A DNA stretch of 64,000 bases from Octopus vulgaris (lineage: Eukaryota), in the NCBI GenBank assembly GCA_951406725.2, contig OX597820.1, positions 42,346,001 to 42,410,000 on the forward strand. Direction: 5' to 3'. The notes under the pieces were generated by a model. It saw only the letters and a list, made by a program, of their open reading frames with translations, ran no database searches and was not told where the DNA came from. Made by a program: the position numbers and the translations under genes. How positions within the stretch are numbered: the first letter of the stretch is position 1; each line of letters opens with the position of its first letter. Of this stretch, positions 26,632 to 41,097 are shown piece by piece.

Positions 26632-26964
26632 TATTCGTTAGCATGGTTAAAATGTTTACGTAATTCTACATATAACTCATACGTAAATTTACGTAACAAC
26701 ACGCGTATATATTCAATGCAATTATGTTTCTTTGTTGTATTCAAGTTATCGATATTTCATCGAACGTTTACGTCTAGCCGATTCACCTGCTATTTAAGTA
26801 TCTTTGCTTATATTTTGAGCTTTTAGAATTTGATTTCTGATCACTGAAACCCGGGATATCCTGCGTAAGCATTTTCATTCTTACTCTAAACATACATGCA
26901 TACATACGTATCTATCTATCTATGTATCTATGTATCTATCTATTTATCTGTCTATCTATCGATT

Positions 26965-27225
26965 TATCTATCTATTAGGGTAAAGACCCCCCCTATGAAA
27001 GACCATAGGATTGCAACTAGAAAGTTACCGTCCGAATGAAAGTCCGGGAAAGGCAGAGAACGATACAGCTTGATACCAATGACGTCGCAACTCATTTCTA
27101 CAGCTGAGAGAACACAGCCAACGTGAAATAAAGTCTTACTCAAGAATACAACACACGGTCCAGGAATCAAATTCACTTCCTCAGGAGTGTGAGCCCGACG
27201 CTCTAACTACTGAGCCGTGCGCCTA
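26965..27225 (-). mobile_element. tRNA-derived SINE (family D)
   Basis: Minus head GGCGCACGGCTCAGTAGTTAGAGCGTCGGGCTCAC...GTGAATTTGATTCCTGGACC (A and B boxes), then GTGTTGTATTCTTGAGTAAGAC. Confidence 0.75.
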
Positions 27226-27256
27226 CACATCTGTCTGTCTATCTACTTATCTATCT

Positions 27257-27291
<35 letters not shown>

Positions 27292-27381
27292 AATATAAAA
27301 TTAATTTAGGGTAGAAATTGATATTAGTCAATTAAAACCAGTGGTCTAGCATATTAAAAAGAATCCGAAGATTAAAATATT

Positions 27382-27543
27382 TATATATACCAATTAAGGA
27401 CTGAACACGAAAAGTGGACAGTCAACATGCTAGATATAGACGTCAAATCGCCATAATCTTTTTGTGGAGAATGGCGATTTGACGTCTATATCTAGCATGT
27501 TGACTGTCCACTTTTCGTGTTTAGTCCTTAATTGGTATATATA
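27382..27543. repeat. Near-perfect hairpin: stem of about 72 bp, 16-nt loop
   Basis: 27382-27454 is the reverse complement of 27471-27543 with a single G-T mismatch. Confidence 0.97.
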
Positions 27544-28345
27544 TATATATATATAAATATATATGTATGTAAGAATGTATACATACACGCACGCACATAC
27601 ATATGTGCGTGTATGTGTGAGTATGTGTGTCTGTGTGCGTGCATATATAGATATACATAGATACATGCATTTGTCTATATTATAAATAATATATCCTATT
27701 TTTTTTTCTTTATGAGCAGGGGTCCTTGTTAAAAATGCAGAACGTTAAACAAATATTTACACTCCTAGACATATTCAGTACTCTTTGGGTTTTTTTTGTT
27801 TTTTTGTGTGTGAACGCGTAGCCTAACTCTCCTTCTCTGGCTGTTTACCTGTCTCTCTCTATCTCTCGCTTTGTGTGTCCTCGTGCTCTCTCTAGCTATC
27901 TACATATCTGTTAATCTATCTGTGTGAGTGCGCGTTTGTGTGTGTGTGATTGCTTGCGTGTATAGGAAATTATGTGCGTCTATATATTATGAATTTAGGA
28001 CAAGCGCATGATTAATAAACTTATCAATCTGTTCTCTGCACGAAGTCAAAATCAGAACGGTACATGCTTTCAAATATACACGCTGGCGCAGTCATCAGCA
28101 AATATTCTAGAAAATTGGATGAATACATATGCACACAAGCACACATACGCCCATATTGCAATGTTGCATATAGGTGGGCGTGAATATATGCCTACACATT
28201 GCGTATATTTCTGTATATAAATGTACATAAATAAAACGTGTAATGGATATGTATGTCTATATATCTAATTATATGTATGTATGTACGTATGTATGTATGT
28301 ATGTATGTATGTATGTATGTATGTATGTATGTATATATATATATG

Positions 28346-28386
<41 letters not shown>

Positions 28387-28685
28387 GCACATACACGTAC
28401 GTATATATACATGTAAATGTATATATATGTATATATGCACATATATGTATGTGTATGTATATACATATGCACACATGTATAACGCGTGTGTAGATGGCGG
28501 TATACGTCAGCACATGTCTCTATACATGCATCTATATACATACATGCATATACATACTTATATATACAGATATATAATAGAGTAGTATATGTATTTGCGT
28601 ATATATGTATGCTTTATATGTGCGTACGTACGTTCACCTCACGGCTAGGTTTCTACTCCAAAATAATCATATAAAGGGCGATGTC

Positions 28686-29372
28686 TCACTCACATGTGAC
28701 TCGAGAGAATGATAGATAATAATACAGAGGTCTCTGGTTAGCCATCATCATGGTTAGAACAATACTGTTTCCCTTCTATCAAATTCATTGTGATCGTCTA
28801 TACGTCCGTACAAACGCATGCACAAACACGACAGAACAATTACCACCTTAACCTTATGTGTATTTACACATATATATATATATATAATGCATGTATGTAT
28901 GCGTGCATAAAATTCACACATCGATATATTCTATATCCATTCTTCTGGCGTCGCACCTAATCATCATCTGATATTTAGAAATATACGTTAGTGTAATACA
29001 TACAATATGTTTCTGAATGTGTAATGCTTTGTGTAATGGAAGAAGAGTAAGCAATGGATCACTCTGAAATTAGTTGAGATGTTTTTCGGTGATTAAGAAA
29101 ACTGGTATTTTGGAGCTTTTTTTCCCTCTCATCTCCAATTGATGGTTTCTAACGTTGAATTACATTTGTTTTCTGCGAGAACGATTGCAATTCTCTGCAA
29201 TCAGAACATATTTTTACAAACTATAATCTCTACTTTTCAGCAAGTTATTGAACCTCGTTTGACTATTTTGCTATGAGGTATTTCACTTACTTTACGCATT
29301 ATTTCTATTGTTCCATCGATGAATACCTATTTGGTGACTTATTCATCTTTATCTTATTCACATATCTCCCTT
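28686..29372 (+). pseudogene. Decayed Toll-like receptor TM + TIR fragment
   Basis: One frame from 29142: SNVELHLFSARTIAILCNQNIFLQ...QQVIEPRLTILL*GIS...SMNTYL, then shifted GDLFIFILFTYLP, resembling protostome Toll SRRTIxxLSxNFL..HQQ..R.IVIL..SMNTYxxWGDPWFWxKLxYxLP; upstream QWITLKLVE and hydrophobic LWLAIIMVRTILF. Confidence 0.55.
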
Positions 29373-29468
29373 TCTTTCTGCTCTCTTTCTCAGCATCTAA
29401 ATATGTACTTGCACGTTTGTCACACTTCTTAATACATACATACATACATACATACATGTATACATGAA

Positions 29469-29563
<95 letters not shown>

Positions 29564-29588
29564 GTATATATACATATATATACATATA

Positions 29589-29622
<34 letters not shown>

Positions 29623-29624
29623 TT

Positions 29625-29776
29625 ACGACGGGCTTCTTTTAGTTTCCGTCAACCAAATCCACTCACAAGTCTTTGGTCAGGCCGAGTACAAGACACTCGT
29701 ACAAGGTACCACGCAGTTGAATTCAACTCGGATCCATGTGGTTGGGAAGCAATCTCTGTACCACACAGCCACGCTT
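29625..29776 (-). mobile_element. SINE family A, 5' half
   Basis: acgacgggcttc..agtttccgtc..ccaaatccactcacaag...ccacacagccac. Confidence 0.85.
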
Positions 29777-29779
29777 GAA

Positions 29780-30530
29780 TATGCCCACTTTTGAAACGAA
29801 ATTGAAGAAATATTAATAAACGCATAGCGCACAAACTCTACCTCCATGAAACACAAAGGTAAGAATTCTTAAACATTAATTGAGTTGTTTAACGAAGTGA
29901 ACCCCTAGTGAAAAACATAGAGACAGACAACCTTAGCACTGACCTACATCTACTTGAGAACAGAGAAAAAAAGCAACTGACCAGCCAAAACATGTCACCT
30001 ACTTACATTCTTTTGTGAACTCGCAAAAATTCCATTACAAAAACTTGACACACTAAATTACTAAGTATTTCATTACTGGACAAAATTTTGAACCTTTGAC
30101 CTTTACAAAGCAAAGGATTAAATTCAATAAAACGAAAACTAACTACAACTTCTAGTCCGTCATAGACCTACCTATATGCTTTTTTTGGAACACTAAAAAC
30201 CAATCCCATAAGCTAAAAGGAACACGACTTAAACATACATACGAACTTACAAAGTTCTACGTACATAAATAAATTCTAAATAGCAATGGGATCTTAAATG
30301 TAATCAATAAAAACTTCTCCCAAAACCTCTCTACCACAATCCACCCTCAACATAAATACCACTCAACTGAAACACACATACACAATGAAGATTTTAACTC
30401 AACAGAGGCGATACAGATTGAAGATTAACTTCAATGCATCGCAGTACGTTGGCCGGAACAGGGTTCTGGCCGAAACTTCGAAGTCACTGACAATAATATT
30501 CTTGTTTACAAAGAATAAAGTTGTAATCTG
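29780..30530 (+). mobile_element. Highly decayed Penelope-like element 3' end with hammerhead relic
   Basis: ILNL*PLQSKGLNS near 30085-30125 resembles the PLE endonuclease C-terminus; hammerhead-like fold at 30442-30489; AATAAA at about 30514. Confidence 0.4.
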
Positions 30531-30612
30531 TGCTGTGTGTGTTTGTGGATGTGTGTTTACGCGTGCGTAACTGTCATTTATGCCTTAAATGAGATTGAAC
30601 AAAGGAATGTAC

Positions 30613-31705
30613 TATTAGGTTGTTAAGAAAGTTCTTGCAGAATTTTTAATTTGGGTTTTAAATGATGTATTTTCAAATTAATTTTTGTAAAATTCCTTTC
30701 ACTTTATATATATCATTTTAAATCTAATTGTGTGACTCTTTTTCTTTCTGAATAATTAGGTCGTTTTTTTCCGGAACGTTGAATGCAACATGGATAAAAA
30801 GCAAATTCGCACAACTTTCTTATTCCAGTTCAAGCTAGGCCGAAAATCTGCTGAAACAGCTCGCGATACCAACGATGCGTTTGGCCCAGAAAACACTAAT
30901 GAACGTACAGCACAATGGTGGTTCAAGAAATTTCGTAGCGGTGATGAGAGTCTTGAAGATGATAAGCGTAGTGGTCGGCCATGGGATGTTGACAACGATC
31001 AATTAAGAGCCATAGTGGAAGCCAATCCACGCGCAACTGTTCGAGAGCTTGCTTCTGGATTATACGTGACGTATACAACTTCCAACCACTTGAAAGAGAT
31101 TGGTAGACTAAAAGTACTTGAGAAATGGGTGCCGCAGGAATCGAACAACAACCAGAAAAAGAAAAAAAAAACACCGTTTTGAAGTGTCGACTTCCCTTCT
31201 TTTACGCAACAAGAACGACTCATTTCTCGACCGCATTGTAACTTGAGATGAAAAGTGAATTCTTTACGACAACTGGCAACGCTCATCTCATTGGTTGGAC
31301 GCCGACGAAGCTCCAAGGCACTTATCGAAGCCAAAGATGCGCCAAAAGAGGGATATGGTGACTGTTTTGGTGGTCTGCGACTGGTTTCATCCATCACAGC
31401 TTTTTGAATCCAGGCGAAACCATTACGGCGGAGAAGTGCTGTCAGCAAATACATGAAATGCATAAGAAACTCTGAGAACAACAGCCAGCATTAGTCAATA
31501 GAAAAGGACCAATTCTTCACCACGACAACGCTCGGCCGCACTTTGCACAACTGACCCTGCAGAAGTTGAACGAATTGGGCTAGGAAACACTGCCTCATCC
31601 GCCATAATCAACAAACCTCTCGCCTCTCGACTACCTCTTTTTCAAGCATCACGACAACTTCTTGCGTGAGAAATGCTTCAAAAACCAAGACGATGCCAAA
31701 CACGA
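30613..31705 (+). mobile_element. Mariner transposon (Hsmar1/cecropia-like), 3'-truncated and decayed
   Basis: Left TIR TATTAGGTTG; ORF 30790 MDKKQIRTTFLFQFKLGRKSAETARD...ERTAQWWFKKFRSGDESLED; WVPQE, DEK*, HHDNARPH, LSPLDY with stops and frameshifts. Confidence 0.93.
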
Positions 31706-31816
31706 CACTAGAACGCAGAGATAATTAATACTATACATTCAGTATAAAATATTTTAAACTATTTGTCCCCGTTCATATGTATGTATACATATATATATAT
31801 ATATATATATATAAAT

Positions 31817-31936
<120 letters not shown>

Positions 31937-32873
31937 ATAGTGATTTGTGTGTATTGAACAAGGATCATATACTCCAAACTGTCGTTTTGTTGACCGGTCA
32001 TTTAGTTCAAGTTTGAAAACCTTTAAAAGTACGGTGGACCGTCGGATAGTTTGATCGGAGTATCCATCTGGAAGTGTGCAATCTTAATTTAACGTGCATA
32101 AATCAACGTGTATATAGACTTACACACTTCAATAATAATGTTGTTTAAAGTACTTTTACGTTGTTGTACTACAAAATAAACAAATCTATCTTCATCATCG
32201 TCGTCGTTTTCATACTCCACCCCTCCTCCTCTTCTACCTCCTCTTCTAGTCCTCTCGCCTCCTCTCCTCCTCCTTCTCTTCCTCCTCCACCACCTCCTCC
32301 TCGTCCTCCTCATCATCATAAAAGAACGCAGTAGTAAGAAGGGCGTCTGTAGTGGCAGTAGCAGCTGTAGATTCATAATCCTACCGCAAGCCCGAACACA
32401 GCCACGGATGCACCACTGAAACTATCATCAGCATCCGTTGTTGTCGTCATCTTCCTCATCCGTCTACACCAATACAGCCACCAAAACAACAACAACAACA
32501 ACCACTACCAGCTTCACCATCACCACTACCGTCATAATTATCGTTATCATCATCATCATCATCATGAACAGTCGTATTATGATTATCAATATCATTATCA
32601 CGGCTTTCACCCAATGTCCAATTTTTTAAAGATATTTTGGTGTGAGTCTGTTTCATGTTCATACGCTGTCGATTTTTGTTGGTGCGATGCCATATTTATG
32701 TTGGTTGCATCTCATCTAAATAACTCAAAAATAATATTCATATATTATAAAATGACAAAATGTGTTAGTTTGTCCTTCAATATAATCTAAACACAATTTA
32801 TGAACAATAACAATTATAGACATTAATAGATATACATATATGTATATGTGCATATACACATATATATATATGT

Positions 32874-32931
<58 letters not shown>

Positions 32932-33491
32932 GCACATATGACACATATGTGTATGTGTGTATATGCATATATGAATGTGCGTATTCATATGTTGTATATG
33001 TACACATATATATATTCATATATATATATATATAAATATATACATACACACACACATATATATATAAATATATACACACATGTATATATATATATATATG
33101 TACGTAATCATGTATGTACATATACATATAAGCATTAATTGTAGATATTTTTAAAACTTGTTCTTTAATATTATTTTGCTTCTAATTTGTTCAGTCTGTT
33201 TAGTCGCATTTTATATCTTATTATCTTTCCATTGTAATTTTCAATACTAATTTTTATTTCACACTTTTATATTTTATGATATAGAATATAATATTTTTTA
33301 ACCTTGTTTACAAAATATATATTTGTATAGCAGGAATTTCCAATACACTCAATTATATACGTATGAATGTATGTATATGACTTTGTGTGTGTGTGTGCGT
33401 ACGTGTGTGAGTGTATGTCTGAGTGTGTTCCATATGTATGTGCATGAGTGTGTTCCTGTATGTGTATGTTATCGATTTGCCTATGTGTATG

Positions 33492-33529
<38 letters not shown>

Positions 33530-33541
33530 CAAATATTTATG

Positions 33542-33573
<32 letters not shown>

Positions 33574-34053
33574 TATATTATATCAGTATATATACATATA
33601 TACATATCGTTGTATATGTACACACACACACACACAGATATATATATATGTTTACACGCGTACATACATACATGTGTATATGTATGGTACATGGTTTCAT
33701 AAAGACATGAATTGGTACAGTGTAATTAGCGAAAGAGTGCTCAATACTTCAAAGTATATTGTAATTAAGCTATTTAGTTGAATTCATGGGATTGACCAAG
33801 TGTTTGGTGGTACCTGTTATATGACATCTGCGTATACGTGTGTGTATATATACTTATCTTGTTTTTACTAGTTTCTTTCATTTTTCGGCGACAATGCTGG
33901 GGCACCACTTTTATGGTCTTAGTAGAACAAATTGAGCACAGTACTTATTCTATCAGCTTCTTATTACCGAAAAAGCTACATATATACATACATTCGTACA
34001 TAAATACATACATACATACATATATACATTCATATATATATTTATATATATAT

Positions 34054-34101
<48 letters not shown>

Positions 34102-34835
34102 GTTTCTGGCGTCCTGTGTTGTATTGAAATATTTCAGGTAAGCGAGAATATCTTTAATAGGAATCAAAAATAAATCAAAGCCTTCGAATAAGTTGCACAT
34201 CTTATAATTTAAACAATGTAGTAAGAGGTTATATTGATTACGCAATGGTAGATCACCTAACCTATATATGTATATGCATGCGCTATCTTCAACGAGTCAA
34301 GATGGCTTATCCTGTCCTTCTCATAAGATGTCTCCTCAATGCGTTCAAAGTAAATTTTCCATCGTCTTGACTTAACAGCCCTCATCGATTGTTTTTACTG
34401 TATTATTCTCCTTCTCCTGTCTTTAACTGGTTTTATTTGTATTGTTTTTACTGTCTTGTCTTCTTTTTACTGTCCTGTTCTTGTTACCCCTCCGCAAAAA
34501 ATCCCAACTTTTATTTAATTTGCTTTGCGGGAAGGACTGTTTCAACGAAGTCGCGTCTTGTCCTTTCCTTCGGAAACGCGGAGTAGACGAAACAGGGACA
34601 ACTGAAGAAGGGGAATATCCCTTGTGTTGTATGTCTTGTACTCTGTTTTTTCGTTGTTTGCAAAAAAGTTCATTTCCATGTTTTTGTTTTTATGTTTTCA
34701 TTTCTCATTGTGTTCAACATTTTTTGGTGTCCTGTACCCATATATGCATGTATATATGCTTATAGATGTAGGTATGTACATATATGTATGTATATATTCA
34801 TATGTTTATATATTATTTATGTTATTATGTGCGTA

Positions 34836-35237
34836 TACTCTTTACTCTTTACACTTTTACTTGTTTCAGTCATTTGACTGCGGCCATGCTGGAGCACCGC
34901 CTTTAGTCGAGCAAATCGACCCCGGGACTTATTCTTTGTGAGCCCAGTACTTATTCTATCGGTCTCTTTTTGCCGAACCGCTAAGTGACGGGGACGTAAA
35001 CACACCAGCATCGGTTGTCAAGCAATGCTAGGGGGACAAACGCAGACACACAAACATATACACACACACTTATATATATACACATATATACGACAGGCTT
35101 CTTTCAGTTTCCGTCTACCAAATCCACTCACAAGGCATTGGTCGGCCCGGGGCTAGAAGACACTTGAGCAAGTTGCCACGCAGTGGGACTGAACCCGGAA
35201 CCATGTGGTTGGTTAGCAAGCTACTTAGCACACAGCT
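34836..35237 (-). mobile_element. SINE family A, near full length
   Basis: Near-identical to 8821-9208. Confidence 0.95.
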
Positions 35238-36117
35238 AGAAACAATTTGTTTGCCATTTTATATAATTGTATAATTTTATATTTTATTTCTTTTCATACT
35301 CTATTTTTTCAATAATAGTTTTAAACCAGTGTGAACTACCACTTATTTTGTACTCGGGACTTGTAAATTAACATGAAGAAATACAGCTATATCAAATATC
35401 ATAAAACGTAAATTCTTGATTTGATAAACTTATCTTCGCTTGTACAGGAAGCCGCAATTAAGAAAGATAACCACTTTTTTTTTTACCAAAGACGATAATC
35501 TATTAAAGAAAAGCAGATAAAAGAAAGTCGTACACATGTGTCTCATACTCAATAGCCGTTATCATCCCCACAAAGTGACATTTATTTGAACAATATAAAA
35601 ACTTGAAGCTGTACCAAATCCCATCCGACATGTATTATTGATTTAATAAGAGTACGTCCTTATTTAGCGACTGTATCCTAATTACCAAATACAAATTAGG
35701 ACCAAACACTGGCTATTCTGAGTTTGTCTTCGCTCATTTTTGAGTAAATTACGTAAATTACTAGGCCATAAATGTGTTCCACTCATTTTTGTAGAAATGT
35801 AAGTCTCTTGACAAATAATACATTTGTCGTTCTGATGACGGTAAGTGAGCCAGAAAAACCTGTCTATGATTGTTGTCAATAAATTTGTGTTTTACCATCT
35901 TTATTCTTGTCATTATGTCCCCATGCAAAGCAGAGAATCTGTGGCCTCAATTCAGCCAACATTTTTTTTATTAATGATACTTGTCTATATGAACATGCTT
36001 GCGGACTTATGAATCTCTGAGTAATGGCGTTATGAGTGGTTTATGGCTCAACTACAAATATGTAATTTGCAGAAACGTATTGAGTGCACTGTTTTTGCCT
36101 TTTTTCGTATTTCCACA

Positions 36118-36148
<31 letters not shown>

Positions 36149-36167
36149 TTATATACATATATGCATG

Positions 36168-36217
<50 letters not shown>

Positions 36218-36218
36218 T

Positions 36219-36251
<33 letters not shown>

Positions 36252-36333
36252 AAGTATTTTACATTTCTCCTCTACAGAAAGGGACACAGAAAAAAACAAG
36301 GAGAGAAAAAATGTGTGTAGTGGTTAACGATCT

Positions 36334-36391
<58 letters not shown>

Positions 36392-36685
36392 TACATAGAG
36401 AGACACATATGTATCTATATGCAAATGCTTGTGTACATACAAATATGCATTCATATATGTATGTATTTATGTGTGCATTTCCAGTCTTAATTCCAACAGA
36501 GAAGGTTTCTAATTTAATGAAATAGTTATTGTTATACAGATGAATACAAGCATATTCACACAGACTCACAGACTCACGCCCCAATGGACACACACATATA
36601 GACAGAATCACGAATATACGTGTTTCAATGTGTGTGGGATTATGTTTGTCTTCATCTGTATAACAGCAACTATTTCATTAAATAA

Positions 36686-36801
<116 letters not shown>

Positions 36802-37049
36802 TTATATATTATATATTCATCCATTCATGCTTGTGCGCATTTGTTTTATACATATCTATGTCACCGGTGCTATTGAGTTTGTAGGAATGAATGTCTAATT
36901 CTCTTTGTTATACGGTTTTTAGTCGTGAAGCGAAATGCACTCACACACATCACCGTTATTCCAATGTTTCAGTTTATTGAATTATATCACTTTCTGGCTG
37001 GATTTTATTATTTCTTCAGTGGAAACAGCTCTCATTCTCTTACTTGTAT

Positions 37050-37400
37050 TCAAGACTCTAAAATCTAGAAAATGTTGACATCTTTTCTCTGATTCCGCTT
37101 TATGACAGGAAATTTTTTTCCATTTATATCTCATAACGTGTTTGCAGACGTTTATTGTCCATGTTTAGGAAGCAGCCTTGTTTATATCCTGCTGCGTTGA
37201 TCAGAATTGAAAATAACATAGAGCATATCGATGCCATAGGTGAATTCAAATATAGACACCAGGGATCCATAAATGTCTACCATTAATTTATTTTACTAAC
37301 CACTTCCCTATCGTATACGCAACTAATTTCCGAAGAATTAGACATTTTCATTTTCTAGATATCAATGTTAGGTCAATCTCGCTTGAGTTTATTTTTGTTT
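37050..37400 (+). pseudogene. Possible decayed leucine-rich-repeat segment
   Basis: Manual translation in shifting frames: NLENVDIFS, IENNIEHIDAIGEF (37206), TNHFPIVYATNFRRIRHFHFLDIN (37295), resembling NxLxxIxxxxFxxLxxLxxLDL. Confidence 0.3.
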
Positions 37401-38072
37401 TGTTAATTTCAGTTTCCGGCGTATTCTCGAAATGCGTAATTCTCCATTCATTTGTGCATATATATCATATTCTTTGTCTGCAATATGTTTCATCTTGTTT
37501 CGACAAGCACTAGCCAATTGATATGTTTCCACGTCTACCATACATTGGATCTTTTGTATTCCAAGCTAAAAATATATACGTATCTCGATTTATACAAAGA
37601 GGCTTAACTGTTGAGAAAGGACAACCGTCAGCAAAAAAAGTGAAACTTATCAGAAATAAGGAACCGTCTAAGAAACAATGTAATAATTACACACTTAATC
37701 TGCAATATAGTTTACACCAATTATTTAGATATTCCATTAGATTTTATAATACGAAAATAATTCGAAGTTTTTCCTGTTAAGCTCCATTAGTTTTGTGCTT
37801 TTCTCAGCTGATTATATTGAATATTGCTTTTGCAAAGTGATGTTTGTTTTTGTGATTATGTCTTCATTTAAAACAAGGTATAGACAAAATTTTCGCTTCG
37901 AGTGAGTAATTTCCGAATGTCTTCATCTAAAAATCCAAACGAAGGCCGCGGACGACACAACAAAGCATCTATTTTACCAACTTCAATTTATGTTTTATTG
38001 CTAGGCTTATTATCTCTAAGAAAAACTGTGTTAGCAAATTAAAAGGAACTTCAGTATGGTCTTCTGTATAGG

Positions 38073-38113
<41 letters not shown>

Positions 38114-38279
38114 AAATATTTAACAGTAAGGATTCGATGATAATAAAAAGAAATTCTAATAAATATAGAGACAAATTTTTATATTTAAGTTTGTCATCCT
38201 TATTGTGCTTCTGTACAGGAAGTAGGAAATAATACACAGAAAAATACTGTTTCCATGTTTAATCTCTAATGTACATTCT

Positions 38280-39550
38280 GCATTGGGCGCACCACCATAA
38301 AATGTTATATTCGCTTCAACTCTGAATGAAAACAGGACGCAAGAATTTATGCGTCAAGTTGGCTACTTTAGAAAATGCTATTTAAAAATTCCTTTAGGAA
38401 ATGTGCCGGAAAGTTTTAACAGAACAATTGAAAATATTTAAACCCGTAGTTTGATGTATTTGAAGTTTATTTTCAGTAATAATCTTAACTTTCGTTCCTT
38501 AAAGATATCCGAAAAAATTCAGGTTGGCACACTATAATTTGTGTACAGATACCTTTTCAAATTATTCTAAAGCTTCCGAATATAGTTACAAAAACAGCGT
38601 AATTTAGAACTTAAGTCCTATAACAATTTGATGACTGTTTGGTAATCCAATTTTGTAAGCCAATTGACTCATTTGATAACATTGTGAAAAGGTTCGACTT
38701 CCACTCAGAAATAAAGAACAATTGATGAGGTCAATATCAAAATTATATTATCATACTACGAAGTTGCTATTGACCTAAAATTAGTAAATGAGTACGATCA
38801 GTTACGAGAATATTAGCTTCTTAAAATTCCCATAACACAGAAGAAAACCCTCCATCCAAAATGCAAGGTACAGAAATTGTTACATTTATGTGTAGCAACA
38901 CTTAACTGCTGTGTACCCCAATATTGTTAGTGCGCTTAAGCTACACTGGCAATGCCTATTACGATCTGTGAAGAGCAAAATAATTTCTCAAGGCTAATTT
39001 TTTTCTACAAAAACTGAAGTGTACATAAATGATTTATACATTATATCACTACAAAAAGACAGAAAGAAAGAGACATTGAAGGAAAATTCTCATAAGAAAA
39101 AAACCTGTGCGTGAGTATATCGCTAGGAAAATCAGATAATCAAAGAGAATTTTGTAAAATGCTGTTCATACAATATACATTCTCATAATTGTTTTATAAT
39201 GGAAAATAGTAATGAATCTAGACTGCACTGTTTATTATTTTATCAGCATATCATACATCAAATATATAAGTGAACAATACCTAAGTTTAGGAAATTATTT
39301 AGAATCTTCTGGTTAGCTTTTATTTTCATGGAAGGCACCACATTAAAGTGGATACGGTTCTGCAGCTCCTTGCTTGTTTGAATAGGTGCCCTACTTCAAA
39401 GCTATTTTCACGGATATCTCCTGATCATCCCACACGTTTTTGCCTTTTAGGCCTCAAGGTCCTAAAATGCGTTTTAATATATTTCAGATATATTGAGATG
39501 CCGCGCTACTGTCGCGACTTCAGGCACCCAAAAACGTTGGACTATCACTG
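38280..39550 (+). mobile_element. Decayed hAT transposon (C-terminal dimerisation domain and right end)
   Basis: 38900-39060: AVYPNIVSALKL..AMPITICEEQNNFSRL, matching hAT YPNI..L..P.T....ER.FS.L; terminal ..ggcacccaaaa..cactg at 39550; left boundary approximate. Confidence 0.6.
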
Positions 39551-39941
39551 TGTTTAGAGCTATAATAAATTTTAAGTGAGAATTTTGAATTAAAAAAAGG
39601 ATATTTATACTCGCCTTTCGAAACCTTATAAATATAGATCATAGAATATAATTCTATTTCGTAATGCGATGGGTAGAATTTGGTTAATAGAATATTTAAT
39701 AACCACAATAACAGGGCTAACAGCCATGGCGAATATAATCACGAGTCTAGCGACGACGACAATGTTCTTGTTAATGATGATGATGATGATGATGGTGATG
39801 AGAGGAGGAGGAGGAGGAGGAGGAGGAGGAGGAGGAGGAGGAGGAAAATGTTGTGGCGAACATTCAATAATAAAAATAAAAATGAAATTGATAAAATATT
39901 GACAACAGGAGGATACTGATGGTTATCGTAGTGAAAACGTT

Positions 39942-40016
39942 GATATTGGTAATGATGATAGTGACGGATATTGGTAATGATGGTAGTGACGGATATTGGT
40001 AATGATGGTAGTGATG
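39942..40016. repeat. 25-bp tandem repeat x3 (GATATTGGTAATGATGGTAGTGACG)
   Basis: Read directly. Confidence 0.85.
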
Positions 40017-40989
40017 ATAACAATAATCGAAGTAATAATAATAATGATGATGATGATGCTGATGATGGGGATGTGGAAGACAAAGTTGTAAGTATACATG
40101 CATGCAACATACGTATATATCTATAAGTATATTTTTTTAATTTCTTTTACTTGCTTCAGCCCAAAGCTGTGACCTTGATGGAGCACAGTATGTACATATA
40201 TATATATATTTATATATATATGAATATATGTATGTACATATAAACTTAGATAAATACTAGTTAGTATATATGCATACAGGCATACATACGCTTGTGTAGG
40301 AATATGAGGTTGAGAGGGAGAGACAGACAGACAAACATATAGGCAGACCGAGAAAATCTATGAAAACGTAAACTGAAAAATGCTAGGAAAGTTAGCTTGC
40401 TTACAATGCTTTTTAAGTGTAAGATTAAGATACCCAAATGCATGCTGGTGCAAACTATGAGATAGATGAGAATAAGGCTAAGGATCGTGATATTATTTTT
40501 GATGGAAATATTTTCTGCCCCGTTGCCAATGTTTTTTTTTTATTTTCATGAATTATTTTTCATTTTATTTTTAGAATTCATTTCTACTCCTGTCACTGCT
40601 TAAATTGTGATTTGTTTTTGATTCACATTCTATGTTTTTTTTTCTTGCGTAGCTGTCACGTCAACCTTCTTGGACGATTTTAGTTGTTGTCTCCATCATC
40701 ATTATTTATGGCACTGTGACTCGTCCTTTCAGCTGATGCCATTTTGTAGGCGAAATTATCTTTCTACATGATTTCTCCTTCTCACTCTCATCTACTATAT
40801 CTATTTATCTTTAATTCCTTCTCACAGCCTTTTCCCATCGCCTTCTTTTCATAACCGCATAACTATTGTGTTTATTAACGGAAACATTTACATAAGAGGG
40901 TCGGCATAAAATAGATGCACCTAAAAATAAATAAATATATATACATATGTATGTATATATATATATACATATATATACATGCATATATG

Positions 40990-41020
<31 letters not shown>

Positions 41021-41044
41021 GTATATATATATATATATAGATAG

Positions 41045-41097
<53 letters not shown>

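Noticed and set aside
30790-31705. Domesticated SETMAR-like or active transposase gene
   Set aside because: Multiple stops and frameshifts, no SET domain, right TIR missing.
35826-35872. Hammerhead (CUGAUGA...GAAA...GUC)
   Set aside because: Core words are present but stems II and III do not close properly; likely chance.
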